Part shown: piece by piece, positions 50,801 through 62,593 of the stretch
Numbering within the stretch: position 1 is the first letter of the stretch
How the letters are laid out: each line of letters starts with the position of its first letter
Source: Nemertoderma westbladi
Taxonomy: Eukaryota; Animalia; Xenacoelomorpha
DNA: 64,000 bases
Reading direction: 5' to 3'
NCBI GenBank assembly: GCA_032718475.1
Contig: JAUCBJ010008915.1
Span: forward strand, 43,287-107,286
Made by a program: the position numbers and the translations under genes
Notes under the pieces: generated by a model
The model's database searches: none
The model's input: the letters and a program-made list of their open reading frames with translations, nothing else
What the model was told of the DNA's origin: nothing

Positions 50801-53800
50801 TTGTTAGATGATTGTATTTGTTGTTGATTATTTATCATTTAAGCAATTTCTAATTGATATAATATTTAATTGATTAAATAATTAATTGCGGAACAACGCA
50901 TATCTTAATGTACAATATCTTATTGTACAATATCTTAATGAATAGATTAGATAGAATAGATTAGCCGAAACTTGGTTGACGTACAAGTTTATAAAGAAAG
51001 TTATCAGAAGGGAAAGGAGCAGTTTACCTGCTTCAGGTGAAATGCTTCAATAAAAATTATTCCCAAAATGCCCTGAGACAATTTCCGCAAGGTTCCCAAA
51101 CTCCTATCACTAGTGCCTCGCTATATCCACACACGCTGGAGGCTCAGTTGAATACGCGGCCGCCAAATTTTGTAAACATTGTCTGCCTGGTATAGAGGCA
51201 GACGGAGTTTGCGATTTATAGTAAACAACCAATCCCAGAAATTAATTTAAATGTTTCAGGAAGACCCGTAATTATGGCCCTACATATTATTCATACAATA
51301 TGTTATTATACACAGAAATTATCTTACTTTTGGGAATTTCTTATTTACATTTAATCTAGATATTGATTATTGAGGCCTTCGCGCATCACATGAGTTAAAT
51401 TTATGTTTAGTGTCAACTCGAGATAATAGTAATAAAATATAAGCAGAATTCCCTTTATCATTATAGCGACAGCCTGGGTAACTGTAGATGGGTTAAGTAC
51501 TCAGCCTGAGGTCTCGAAAATATGTGCCAGGTATCATCTGGTCGAACAGATTTAAACACTAAATACGAAATGGAAGGAAGTTTTCACAGCAGACATTTCG
51601 CCCTCTAACGGTAGACGGGAGAATAATAAAAGGTCCAGCCTATTGAAAAGATGGTGCTGTTTAGTTGGCCCACTTATATGCAAAACTTCAGGTTGAACTT
51701 AGTTAAAACAAGAAAATCGAACAGTATGGTGTTCATTATCATGCATTTAACACTCACGGAGGACTGGAGAACTGCAGACCAATCAGATCTGGAAATGTGT
51801 TCTACTGTAGTACATATCTGCCAAGTTTTAGCTTGAGAACAAATCGTAATAATATCGAAAAATGAGACGGTTTTCATTTCAGACATTAATCTTTCCAGCG
51901 GCAGAGTAGAGAACTGCAGACGAATTAGCCTCCATTTAAAGACACGGCTAATGGTGTAGTGGGTTCGGCCTGAACGGATCAAATACAAAGAAATAGGGGA
52001 CTTTGAGATTTTTATCATGTAGCCTTGTATCGGAATTCTGTTGAACTAATGGTGTCTGAAAGTGAAAGTATGTTAAAAATCTCAACTTTTCCTCCTACAG
52101 TACAAATGTCTACAAATTTCCAACTCTACTGGTTTTTACCCAATGATCTATATTCCCTCATATATGTCCCCAGATTATCTATATTCCCTCATATATGTCC
52201 CCAGATTATCTATATTCCCTCATATATGTCCCCAGATTATCTATATTCCCTCATATATGTCCCCAGATTATCTATATTCCCTCATATATTTCCCCAGATT
52301 ATCTATATTCCCTCATATATTTCCCCAGATGATCTATATTCCCTCATATATTTCCCCAGATGATCTATATTCCCTCATATATTTCCCCAGATTATCTATA
52401 TTCCCTCATATATTTCCCCAGATTATCTATATTCCCTCATATATTTCCCCCAGATTATCTATATTCCCTCATATATTTCCCCAGATGATCTATATTCCCT
52501 CATATATTTCCCCAGATTATCTATATTCCCTCATATATTTCCCCAGATGATCTATATTCCCTCATATATTTCCCCAGATTATCTATATTCCCTCATATAT
52601 TTCCCCAGATTATCTATATTCCCTCATATATTTCCCCAGATTATCTATATTCCCTCATATATGTCCCCAGATTATCTATATTCCCTCATATATTTCCCCA
52701 GATGATCTATATTCCCTCATATATTTCCCCAGATGATCTATATTCCCTCATATATTTCCCCAGATTATCTATATTCCCTCATATATTTCCCCAGATTATC
52801 TATATTTCCTCATATATTTCCCCAGATTATCTATATTCCCTCATATATTTCCCCAGATTATCTATATTCCCTCATATATTTCCCCAGATTATCTATATTC
52901 CCTCATATATTTCCCCAGATTATCTATATTCCCTCATATATTTCCCCAGATGATCTATATTCCCTCATATATTTCCCCAGATTATCTATATTCCCTCATA
53001 TATGTCCCCAGGTTGTCTATATTCCCTCATATATTTCCCCAGATGATCTATATTCCCTCATATATTTCCCCAGATTATCTATATTCCCTCATATATTTCC
53101 CCAGATGATCTATATTCCCTCATATATGTCCCCAGATTATCTATATTCCCTCATATATGTCCCCAGATTATCTATATTCCCTCATATATGTCCCCAGATT
53201 ATCTATATTCCCTCATATATTTCCCCAGATGATCTATATTCCCTCATATATGTCCCCAGATTATCTATATTCCCTCATATATGTCCCCAGATTATCTATA
53301 TTCCCTCATATATGTCCCCAGATTATCTATATTCCCTCATATATTTCCCCAGATTATCTATATTCCCTCATATATTTCCCCAGATTATCTATATTCCCTC
53401 ATGTATTTCCCCAGATTATCTATATTCCCTCATATATTTCCCCAGATTATCTATATTCCCTCATATATTTCCCCAGATTATCTATATTCCCTCATATATT
53501 TCCCCAGATGATCTATATTCCCTCATATATTTCCCCAGGTTGTCTATATTCCCTCATATATTTCCCCAGATGATCTATATTCCCTCATATATTTCCCCAG
53601 ATTATCTATATTCCCTCATATATTTCCCCAGGTTGATCTATATTCCCTCATATATTTCCCCAGATGATCTATATTCCCTCATATATTTCCCCAGATTATC
53701 TATATTCCCTCATATATTTCCCCAGGTTGTCTACATAACTGCAACCTTCCCGTATGTGGTACTGTTCATTCTATTTATTCGAGGGGTCACCCTGGAAGGG

Positions 53801-56800
53801 GCCGGTGCCGGTATAGTTTTCTATATCACCCCCAACTTCACTCGTTTGGGAGAGGCCCAAGTGTGGGGCGATGCCGCTTCCCAAATATTCTTCTCCCTCG
53901 GCTTGGCCTTCGGTAGTCTAACTACAATGGCATCTTATAACAAATTCTCGTAAGTGTTGATATTTACAATCGCATCATCTTAATATCATACAATGTCAAT
54001 AACTGCTTTTGTAATTGGACCTAGAAGTTAAAGTACTGTTGTTAGCAAACTGTAGCCTCTGACACCAGTTTATTACTTTATAACTATTTCCTTGAATTGT
54101 TAACATTGTAATATTTTAATCATTCCCTATTAATTTTTTACTTTATATCTTCACAGGAACAATATTTACCGGGACGCTATGTTGGTCTCTGTTCTCAACT
54201 GTGCGACTTCGGTTTTCGCTGGCTTCGTTATATTTTCCATCATAGGGTTTATGGCCCACGATCTGGGAGTCGATGTTAAGGACGTTGTTGATGACGGTGA
54301 GTCTCTACAACCCAGCATCACCCTATTCCACCGGTCCATTGTCGCGGTGATATAAGACTTTGTATCTATAGATTGGATTTGCACTGTATCAAGGGAGCCA
54401 CAGATAAGTTTGGCTATTGTTTGAGTGTTAGCCGAATTAATACATTGCTGTTTCCATGGAAACTAGTTAGCCGAATTTTGATAAATTTGTTGTTACCAAG
54501 GAAACAAGTTCTCGAATTATTATAATAAGTAAAACGTAACCCGATTTATATTATAAATTCCTGTTTCCATGGTAAACAATAACTTTTTGTGCGTACAACT
54601 TACCATCTCTGGAATGTTAATATCATAAAAACCCGAACCCCATTTCCGAGAAAGGGGGGAAACTGGACGCAAATCCCATCTTGGTGAATTAATATCCCGC
54701 CTCAATGTTACATTCTCAATTTAGGGAAAGGAGCAGGTTACAGTGGCACGTTATTTTAATCAAAACAATAAAATAAACACAATAGAACAGGCTACAGTTT
54801 CATTTTTGAGAGTAATCAGCAGTTATTTGCGTCGAATTTCCCCTGAAGAGGGATTAATTTTTATTGCGTCCAGTTCCCCCCCCCCCCCCCCCTCCCCCTA
54901 TCTGCCATTTCCAAGGTACTTTCACTTTTCGTTTCTATTGTAGGCCCCGGATTGGCTTTCATTGCCTACCCCGAAGCATTGTCTCGCCTTCCGGGGGCCC
55001 CGGTATGGTCCGTTCTCTTCTTCTCCATGCTGCTCACCCTCGGTCTGGACTCGCAATTCGCTCAGTTTGAGACGGTCACCACGGCGATATTCGACTCGAT
55101 GCCTCGACTCCGTGTCAAGAAGCCGATGGTAACCGGAGTTATATGTCTGGGTTGCTTCTTCTTGTCGCTTCCGATGGCCTGCGACGGCGGGATGTATCTG
55201 TTGCACATTATGGATTGGTACACGGCTGGGTTCTCGTTAATGGTTATTTGTCTCATTGAGTGTCTCGCTGTTACATACGTTTATGGTTAGTAATGGTTGT
55301 TCTTACGTTTATGGTCAGTAATGGTTGTTCTTACGTTTATGGTTAGTTATGGTTGTTCTTACGTTTATTGTTAGTGGTTGTTCTTACGTTTATGGTTAGT
55401 AATGGTTGTTCGTACGTTTATGGTTAGTAATGGTTGTTCTTACCTTTATGGTTAGTAATGGTTGTTCTTACCTTTATGGTTAATAATGGTTGTTATCACG
55501 TTTATGGTTAGTAATGGTTGTTCTTACGTTTGTGGTGAGTAATGGTTGTTCTTACGTTTTTGGTTAGTAATGGTTGTTCTTACGTTTTTGGTTAGTAATG
55601 GTTGTTCTTACGTTTTTGGTTAGTAATGGTTGTTCTTACGTTTGTGGTTAGTAATGGTTATTCTTACGTTTATGGTTACTAATGGTTGTTCTTACGTTTA
55701 TGGTTAGTAATGGTTGTTCTTACGTTTATGGTTAGTAATGGTTGTTCTTACGTTTATGGTTAGTAATGGTTGTTCTTATCTTTATGGTTAGTAATGGTTG
55801 TTCTTACCTTTATGGTTAATAATGGTTGTTATCACGTTTATGGTTAGTAATGGTTGTTCTTACGTTTGTGGTGAGTAATGGTTGTTCTTACGTTTTTGGT
55901 TAGTAATGGTTGTTCTTGCGTTTTTGGTTAGTAATGGTAGTTCTTACGTTTGTGGTTAGTAATGGTTGTTCTTACGTTTGTGGTTAGTAATGGTTGTTCT
56001 TGCATTTTTGGTTAGTAATGGTTGTTCTTACGTTTGTGGTTAGTAATAGTTGTTCATACATTTATGGTTAGTAATGGTTGTTCTTACGTTTGTGGTGAGT
56101 AATGGTTGTTCTTACATTTATGGTTAGTAATGGTTGTTCTTACGTTTGTGGTGAGTAATGGTTGTTCTTACGTTTTTGGTTAGTAATGGTTGTTCTTGCG
56201 TTTTTGGTTAGTAATGGTTGTTCTTACGTTTGTGGATAGTAATGGTTGTTCTTACCTTTATGGTTAGTAATGGTTGTTATCACGTTTATAGTTAGTAATG
56301 GTTGTTCTTACGTTTATGGTTAGTAATGGTTGTTCTTACCTTTATGGTTAGTAATAGTTGTTCTTACATTTATGGTTAGTAATGGTTGTTCTTACGTTTA
56401 TGGTTAGTAATTGTTGTTCTTACCTTTATGGTTAATAATGGTTGTTATTACGTTTATGGTTAGTAATGGTTGTTCTTACCTTTATGGTTAATAATGGTTG
56501 TTATTACGTTTATGGTTAGTAATAGTTGTTCTTACTTTTATGGTTAGTAATGGTTGTTATTGCGTTTGTGGTTAGTAATGGTTGTTCTTACCTTTATGGT
56601 TAATAATGGTTGTTATCACGTTTATGGTTAGTAATGGTTGTTCTTACGTTTATGGTTAGTAATGGTTGTTCTTACCTTTATGGTTAGTAATAGTTGTTCT
56701 TACGTTTATGGTTAGTAATGGTTGTTCTTACGTTTATGGTTAGTAATGGTTGTTCTTACGTTTATGGTTAGTAATGGTTGTTCTTACCTTTATGGTTAAT

Positions 56801-59037
56801 AATGGTTGTTATTACGTTTATGGTTAGTAATGGTTGTTCTTACCTTTATGGTTAATAATGGTTGTTATTACGTTTATGGTTAGTAATAGTTGTTCTTACT
56901 TTTATGGTTAGTAATGGTTGTTATTGCGTTTGTGGTTAGTAATGGTTGTTCTTACCTTTATGGTTAATAATGGTTGTTATCACGTTTATGGTTAGTAATG
57001 GTTGTTCTTACGTTTATGGTTAGTAATGGTTGTTCTTACCTTTATGGTTAGTAATAGTTGTTCTTACATTTATGGTTAGTAATGGTTGTTCTTACGTTTA
57101 TGGTTAGTAATGGTTGTTCTTACCTTTATGGTTAATAATGGTTGTTATTACGTTTATGGTTAGTAATGGTTGTTCTTACCTTTATGGTTAATAATGGTTG
57201 TTATTACGTTTATGGTTAGTAATAGTTGTTATCACGTTTATGGTTAGTAATGGTTGCGAAAATATAAATTTATCTTAAATTGTAATATTTTTTTTCAACA
57301 GAACGCTAATGCTGACTCCAAACTCTAATCTTTTCCAATTAATAAATCCGATTCATACTTCAAAGGGATCAGTTTTCCATTGCTTGTGTTTATTTAATTA
57401 ATTTGTTTATTTAATTATGTTACTATCCCAAATGAAAGTGAGACTTTCGAAAATTTAAGAATTTAAAAAAACATTTACATCCATTTTCTGTAGATCGATA
57501 GAAGGGTTTTCATGTGGTGACATCGGTTTTCACCATCGAGTGTTTTTTTCATCATAAAATATCGATTACCACCAACTCTCATTTATTTTGTTTTTTTTAC
57601 TTTAGGTATTGACAGATTTTGTCTTCATATATATCAAATGACCAACTACAAACCGAATATCTGGTGGAAGGCCAGTTGGATGGGTATCACCCCGATCATG
57701 TTGTTTGGTGTCCTCGTGTTCAACCTTTACCAACACACCCCCGTCTATTACGAGACCTATGATTATCCCCATTGGGCGGTCGTTATGGGTCTACTAATGG
57801 CCATGGTCTCCTTGGCCTGGTTCCCTCTTATGGCATTTTGGGAGTTTTACAATGTATCTGGTGGATATAGAGAAGTTAGTATTGACCATATCGATACAAT
57901 AGAGCGAGAACAACAAATAGCAGAAATTTTCAAAAAGAATTCACCCAAAGTAACGCCAGATGGCGTTATGCATCGTATATGAAAATTCTAGAACCTATAT
58001 CTAGTCCATTTAGAAGATATTGTGCTAATACGCGAACCAGAAACACAACATTAAATTCGTAAAATATCAGAGGTAAAACAACCCATACCACACAAAAGTC
58101 ATTGCATTAGAGTGGGGTGCAATTATTTATCTTTGTGATAAAATTCTAGGCAAAACAACCCACAAGGCTAAAGAGTTTAAGTTTTTATAAATAGATTAAT
58201 TAATTCTTGCACCATTTATCGCCGTTTGATAGTTTATATGGTCTGTGATTTGTATCACCGTTCAATATATTATAACATGTCTATTATTAACTAATTAATT
58301 ACTTATATTAACATTTTAACGTAGTGCTGTACTGTCAGTATTTCCTGTCATGTATGAATAATAATAATAATAATAATAAACAATAAAGTAAATTAAAAAT
58401 TAATTTGAAAATAAATTTTCAGCTAAAGAGTAGGCTAATATTTAGTTTCATTTGGAGAAGTTCTGCCTCTCTAAAAATTTAGCAAAAAAAAAAGTTTTTT
58501 CTCCTTAAAAACTTATTTTTTGATAACCAGCCCCTATTTTATATTTGTTAATTATTGTACACACAGTATCTTAATAGACATACCAAAAATGAGATACAAC
58601 TGGATCCACCACTGAGGCAAATGGGACATTCATGTGAGGTAAACGGGACATTTTTAGTCGTTGTTGTTCTGAGTCAGAAATGGTCACAAATATCGATATA
58701 GCGAAACATACATAAACACAATGTTCCAGAATGTTGTGTATTTATGAAATAGACGGGATGGTACAATGACTACATGTTTTTTCGCCAATTTTAACTCAAC
58801 AATAAGGATTTACTATTATTGCAATTTCAGCGATTTCTGAAGTTATTAAAGCCTCTTCGATCCTGGGGTCCTGCGAGGCACGATGACCGTAAGGTTAGCC
58901 GGGAGTTACTGCTCGCTCGCGGATTAGTACCGGCGGATTCGGAACCCACATCGAGGGATGAATCGGAAATGTCGCCGGTCCCCGAGAAATATCCGCTGAA
59001 AAGGGAGCCGAGTATTCCAGAACAGTCGGTAGTCTAA
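38894..59037 (+). CDS. SLC6 Na+/Cl- dependent amino-acid transporter (proline/glycine transporter subfamily-like), 11 coding exons, ~679 aa
   Basis: Exons 38894-38995, 40327-40483, 40780-40962, 41435-41584, 42129-42268, 43856-43981, 53726-53949, 54157-54296, 54944-55285, 57606-57874 and 58831-59037 are all GT-AG and phase-compatible (2040 nt). Motifs include [53 protein letters not shown] and LGLDSQF. Gly rather than Asp in TM1 argues against a monoamine transporter. Confidence 0.93.
39317..39487 (+). repeat. Dispersed repeat family copy (also ~3920-4020, 41842-42030, 54662-54850)
   Basis: Shared GGACGCAAATCCCATCT...AATTTAGGGAAAGGAGCAGGTTACAGTGG...AACCAAAACAATAAAC...AACAGGTTACAGTTTT sequence. 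Confidence 0.8.
42860..43010 (+). mobile_element. Short RTE-like LINE fragment in an SLC6 intron
   Basis: Peptide [29 protein letters not shown] resembles the pre-RT region of LINE ORF2. Confidence 0.55.
45164..45429 (-). CDS. SEM1: SEM1/DSS1 (26S proteasome lid subunit), intronless, with an apparent 1-nt frameshift
   Basis: From ATG 45429: ...[15 protein letters not shown]. The C-terminal signature LWDEDWDE...[12 protein letters not shown] (stop at 45166-45164) lies in a shifted frame, with the switch near 45270-45292. Confidence 0.85.
47288..47861. mobile_element. Non-autonomous element with ~54-bp inverted repeats and (AGAC/GGAC)n tract (DINE-1/Helentron-like)
   Basis: CACGTAGTCGGCAAGCCTTGGCATACGGTTCATATAGAGCAAATGGGGCATGTC has a near-perfect inverse at 47808-47861, preceded by the microsatellite. 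Confidence 0.7.
48902..49789 (+). CDS. SLC25A51: Mitochondrial carrier SLC25A51/MCART1-like (NAD+ transporter), intronless, nested in SLC6 intron 6
   Basis: Three carrier repeats: [34 protein letters not shown]. Also [12 protein letters not shown] and [21 protein letters not shown], typical of SLC25A51. Confidence 0.9.
   Translation: MVLMVMALQCPTDNAVYTDRSRREFASGGGAALINVLVTFPIAKVMFRQTIHGMRLSAAASMIRDEGWRHLYRGVLPPLLQKFSTVTIMFGTYSLYFHYLTDMFPNTRSVMRTTPAAMAAGMTEAIFVPLERVQVLLQHHRYHKQFRNTFHALYSLSAHGAREYYRGLTPILVRNSLSNALFFNLRGPIKQLLPPSTTYLGNFAYDFVSGALLGAFLSTLFFPVNVVKNRMQSAIGGPFHSPSHIFLLIFRERDKNPATMFRGVHLNYTRALLSWGIINSTYEVLHSYVFVNRLS
52143..53733 (+). repeat. 31-bp minisatellite, ~51 copies, equal to the SLC6 exon-7 splice acceptor junction
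   Basis: Unit TATTCCCTCATATATTTCCCCAG|ATTATCTA. The last copy is the real acceptor CCCCAG|GTTGTCTAC at 53725/53726. Confidence 0.95.
55276..57256 (+). repeat. 28-bp minisatellite, ~71 copies, equal to the SLC6 exon-9 splice donor junction
   Basis: Unit TACGTTTATG|GTTAGTAATGGTTGTTCT. The first copy is the real donor at 55285/55286. Confidence 0.95.
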
Positions 59038-60817
59038 CTGGGAGCTGTCTGGATGTCGGAACTGGAGGTTTTATTACGAAATGTTTCCGTCTACACTCGC
59101 GGATGGACTTAATGGTTACTGATTCGAGATCTCCGATCGAGTTTGAGTGGTGGTGGGACGTTGTTTTCCAAACTATTAAACGTAATTATTGGATTTAGCT
59201 CTTATTTTTTAACTTAACGGATTAGCCTGGGTGCGATAGCTTACTAGTTGCTAATAACAACGAACTGCGCGCGGATTCGACGAGGCTTTCAATATTTATT
59301 TAGTCACTCAATAAATACATGTTCCATTAGTTTCGCTGTTAGTTTTTTAAATCCTTTCTACGTAATGTGGTGCGATTTCTACGGAGTCTCAACAGACCGC
59401 TATATATAAGAACAGAGCGACAACCACTGTTGATAACGTTAATTAACGTTAATTAATGTTTATTATTAATTTGGGTACATGAATGTGTTGCAATATAATA
59501 CTATTCTAACCAAAACAATAAACAATAGTAAATAATTAATACGACAATTAACTATTATTCGAAATGGCTGTTATCTTCAGTGGTTGTAATTAGTTAAATA
59601 TTTGTCTTAATTGTGGATCGAAACCATTTGAATCATCACTGAATATATTATTACTAACAATAGTAGCTGTTGTTGTATTAATGTAACTTATCACTCCGTC
59701 TATCCAGTGCGATGTGAAAATTGTAAATGTAAGAAGTGCCACTTTTTATTAGAATTATGTTTTAAAGAATAATAATTACTTTCGATCTGTTTTTAATTTG
59801 TTTTTGGTGTATCTGATAAAAACGTATTGTATGAACTCCTTCCCGACAATGTCTTAAAAGCAATGGTAAATTAACTCCTCCGTTTTAATATACTGTAGAT
59901 GTTGACAACCGGTGTTGTGGTGTTTAATGTTGACGATGTTTCTTTTATTTTTGGAATATTACAGTAGGTTTGTAATCTAACCGCTGCATTAATAAACCTA
60001 CTCAGTGCAACTTTACATATATGTGAAGTTGTTAATTTCGCGATATGTGCAATTTAACTTATGTTTTGTTGCTCTTATGTCATTCAAATCATTTTCTGGT
60101 TTCATTGGTTGGGGTAGATTATGTTTAATAATAATTATGTAGGGCATACCACAGAAGTTTTATAATCAATGCGATTCCAGCAAAATAAAGTTAATTCAAA
60201 TTCGGGTAGATGTTCTACTGAGGGAAATATCACGTCTGTTTCTCGTCACGTAACGTTGTGCGTCTACTAAACGACCCGACCAGGTTCAGTAAATTTAACA
60301 AGATTTGGATCATTAATTACAGAAAGTTGTAATTTTCCTATTCCTATACAGTATTTTCCAATAGGGCTACTCCCATGGAATTTTCCACAAATTTACCATC
60401 ATTTTTACGCGGTAAATGACGTGAATTCAAATTACCGGTATTGAACCTCTGAGTCTCACTAAATACAATTACTCCTCCCTTGTTTTCATTTATATTTTCG
60501 GATATCACATTTTTTGCAACCAACATGTTCAATTACATTACTAGGCCTACAGAAACTTTGTAAAAAAAATTAATAAATATGGAAAAAACACAAGTTTTTT
60601 AATATTTTTTTCTTTAAAAAATTGGGGAAATAGGCCTACTGTATTATGAAATGAAGCAAATTTATCGAAGCTTGTGAAATTGACAATCATATAAAGCAAT
60701 AATAACAAAAAACGGTTAATAAATGGCGGGAGGAGTAGTGTTTTTTTGTGTGAGGAAAGTCGTTCTTAGATAATTGCCTTCAAAGTTCCAATCTTCCCTG
60801 TTAAAATATTTTATGTT

Positions 60818-61424
60818 TGTTTAAATATTGCCTGGCTTGAAGGAAGCGCACCGCAGAGCTAAAATATCAACTGCTGAGGTCTGGTTGTTTAAATATTGCC
60901 TGGCTTGAAGGAAGCGCACCGCAGAGCTAAAATATCAACTGCTGAGGTCTGGTTGTTTAAATATTGCCTGGCTTGAAGGAAGCGCACCGCAGAGCTAAAA
61001 TATCAACTGCTGAGGTCTGGTTGTTTAAATATTGCCTGGCTTGAAGGAAGCGCACCGCAGAGCTAAAATATCAACTGCTGAGGTCTGGTTGTTTAAATAT
61101 TGCCTGGCTTGAAGGAAGCGCACCGCAGAGCTAAAATATCAACTGCTGAGGACTGGTTGTTTAAATATTGCCTGGCTTGAAGGAAGCACACCGCAGAGCT
61201 AAAATATCAACTGCTGAGGTCTGGTTGTTTAAATATTGCCTGGCTTGAAGGAAGCACACCGCAGAGCTAAAATATCAACTGCTGAGGTCTGGTTGTTTAA
61301 ATATTGCCTGGCTTGAAGGAAGCACACCGCAGAGCTAAAATATCAACTGCTGAGGTCTGGTTGTTTAAATATTGCCTGGCTTGAAGGAAGCACACCGCAG
61401 AGCTAAAATATCAACTGCTGAGGT
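60818..61424. repeat. 68-bp tandem repeat, 9 copies
   Basis: AAATATTGCCTGGCTTGAAGGAAGC(G/A)CACCGCAGAGCTAAAATATCAACTGCTGAGGTCTGGTTGTTT starts at 60823, 60891 ... 61367. Confidence 0.95.
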
Positions 61425-62593
61425 TTTCGTGGCCGGTAATTTCATTTCCGATATCAGTTTAAATATTTGGTTGAATCTCTGTCTGTAGTCTGTAGGTTGA
61501 TCTGTCTTGTTTACATTGTGATGGACAGGCCGGCCAACCAGCGATAAGTGGAACTCGTTAAAAAAAAGTTAAATGTGGTTCGACATAAGTAGTAATGGTT
61601 TACCCTATTTCGGCGACAATTGGACCAACTTCACACCTTGGGTGTTAAGTAGGTCATTAATTAATCAACCAATTAATTAATTGGTCGATTAAACAATTAA
61701 TTAATTGTTTAATCAATCGATTTGTATCAAATAATGTTGCCAAAGGCAATTTAATTTGATACAAATCAATCAGATAGGGGGCGCGAGATGAATAAATTGT
61801 ACTATAACAAACGAAATATACAATACAATAGGCACTGTGTGGCCCAGTTTGACCCTGAGTCATCCCTCAATAATCTGTGGCTGTTTGGGCTCTTATTAAC
61901 CGTAGCATGACTAATCCAAACATCAATGCGTGAATGGGGCCTGCGTGAATGGGGCCTGCGATAGAGCTTTAATTATTCAAACCTTCAGCTTTGTTATTAC
62001 ATCAATTCATCCAAGAAATTAGAATAAACATCTGCTCTTGCAATAGTTTGCATTCTTTCATATTGTACTTTATGAAGCGGTTTACGCATGCATTAGCTCA
62101 ACAACAAAGGCAATACCCAAACGCCATGTGTCAAACTAATTCCCAACCATCTCTTTACCACAGTGGATACTGCAGTTTTATTGTTTGAAAATATGCCTAA
62201 CCCCTCACGCATACCAGGCCTAAAATATTTGTTCGGAAGCTCTAGCATAACATTAATTAACATACCCATTCATTCATTACACACACTTTTCTCCGACGCA
62301 CTCCCCCGCTTCTCAATTCATCCCATTCCCAACCTAACTAATGTTTTACATTTAATTAACCCAATGAAATGTGTTTATTATTCCCTCAATCCAATAGCGC
62401 GTCTCTCTCTCTCTCTTTTTTATTTCTATTGGTTCCCACAAGCTTCACTTTTATTTTCATTGGTTATCCTTTCCCTTATAAACCCCCACCCTTCGCTTTG
62501 AACTTTACTTACAAAAATATTATTGACAATTTTACTTTTTATTTAAAGTTATAATACATTTATTGTTAATCATAATATTATATTTTCTTCACG

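Noticed and set aside
52025-53725. ORFs of [15 protein letters not shown] repeats, including the N-terminal part of the 406-aa ORF
   Set aside because: They are translations of the 31-bp array. Only 53726-53949 is a supported exon.
52143-61424. CRISPR-like appearance of the 28-, 31- and 68-bp arrays
   Set aside because: Units are head-to-tail with no unique spacers, there are no cas genes, and the context is eukaryotic.
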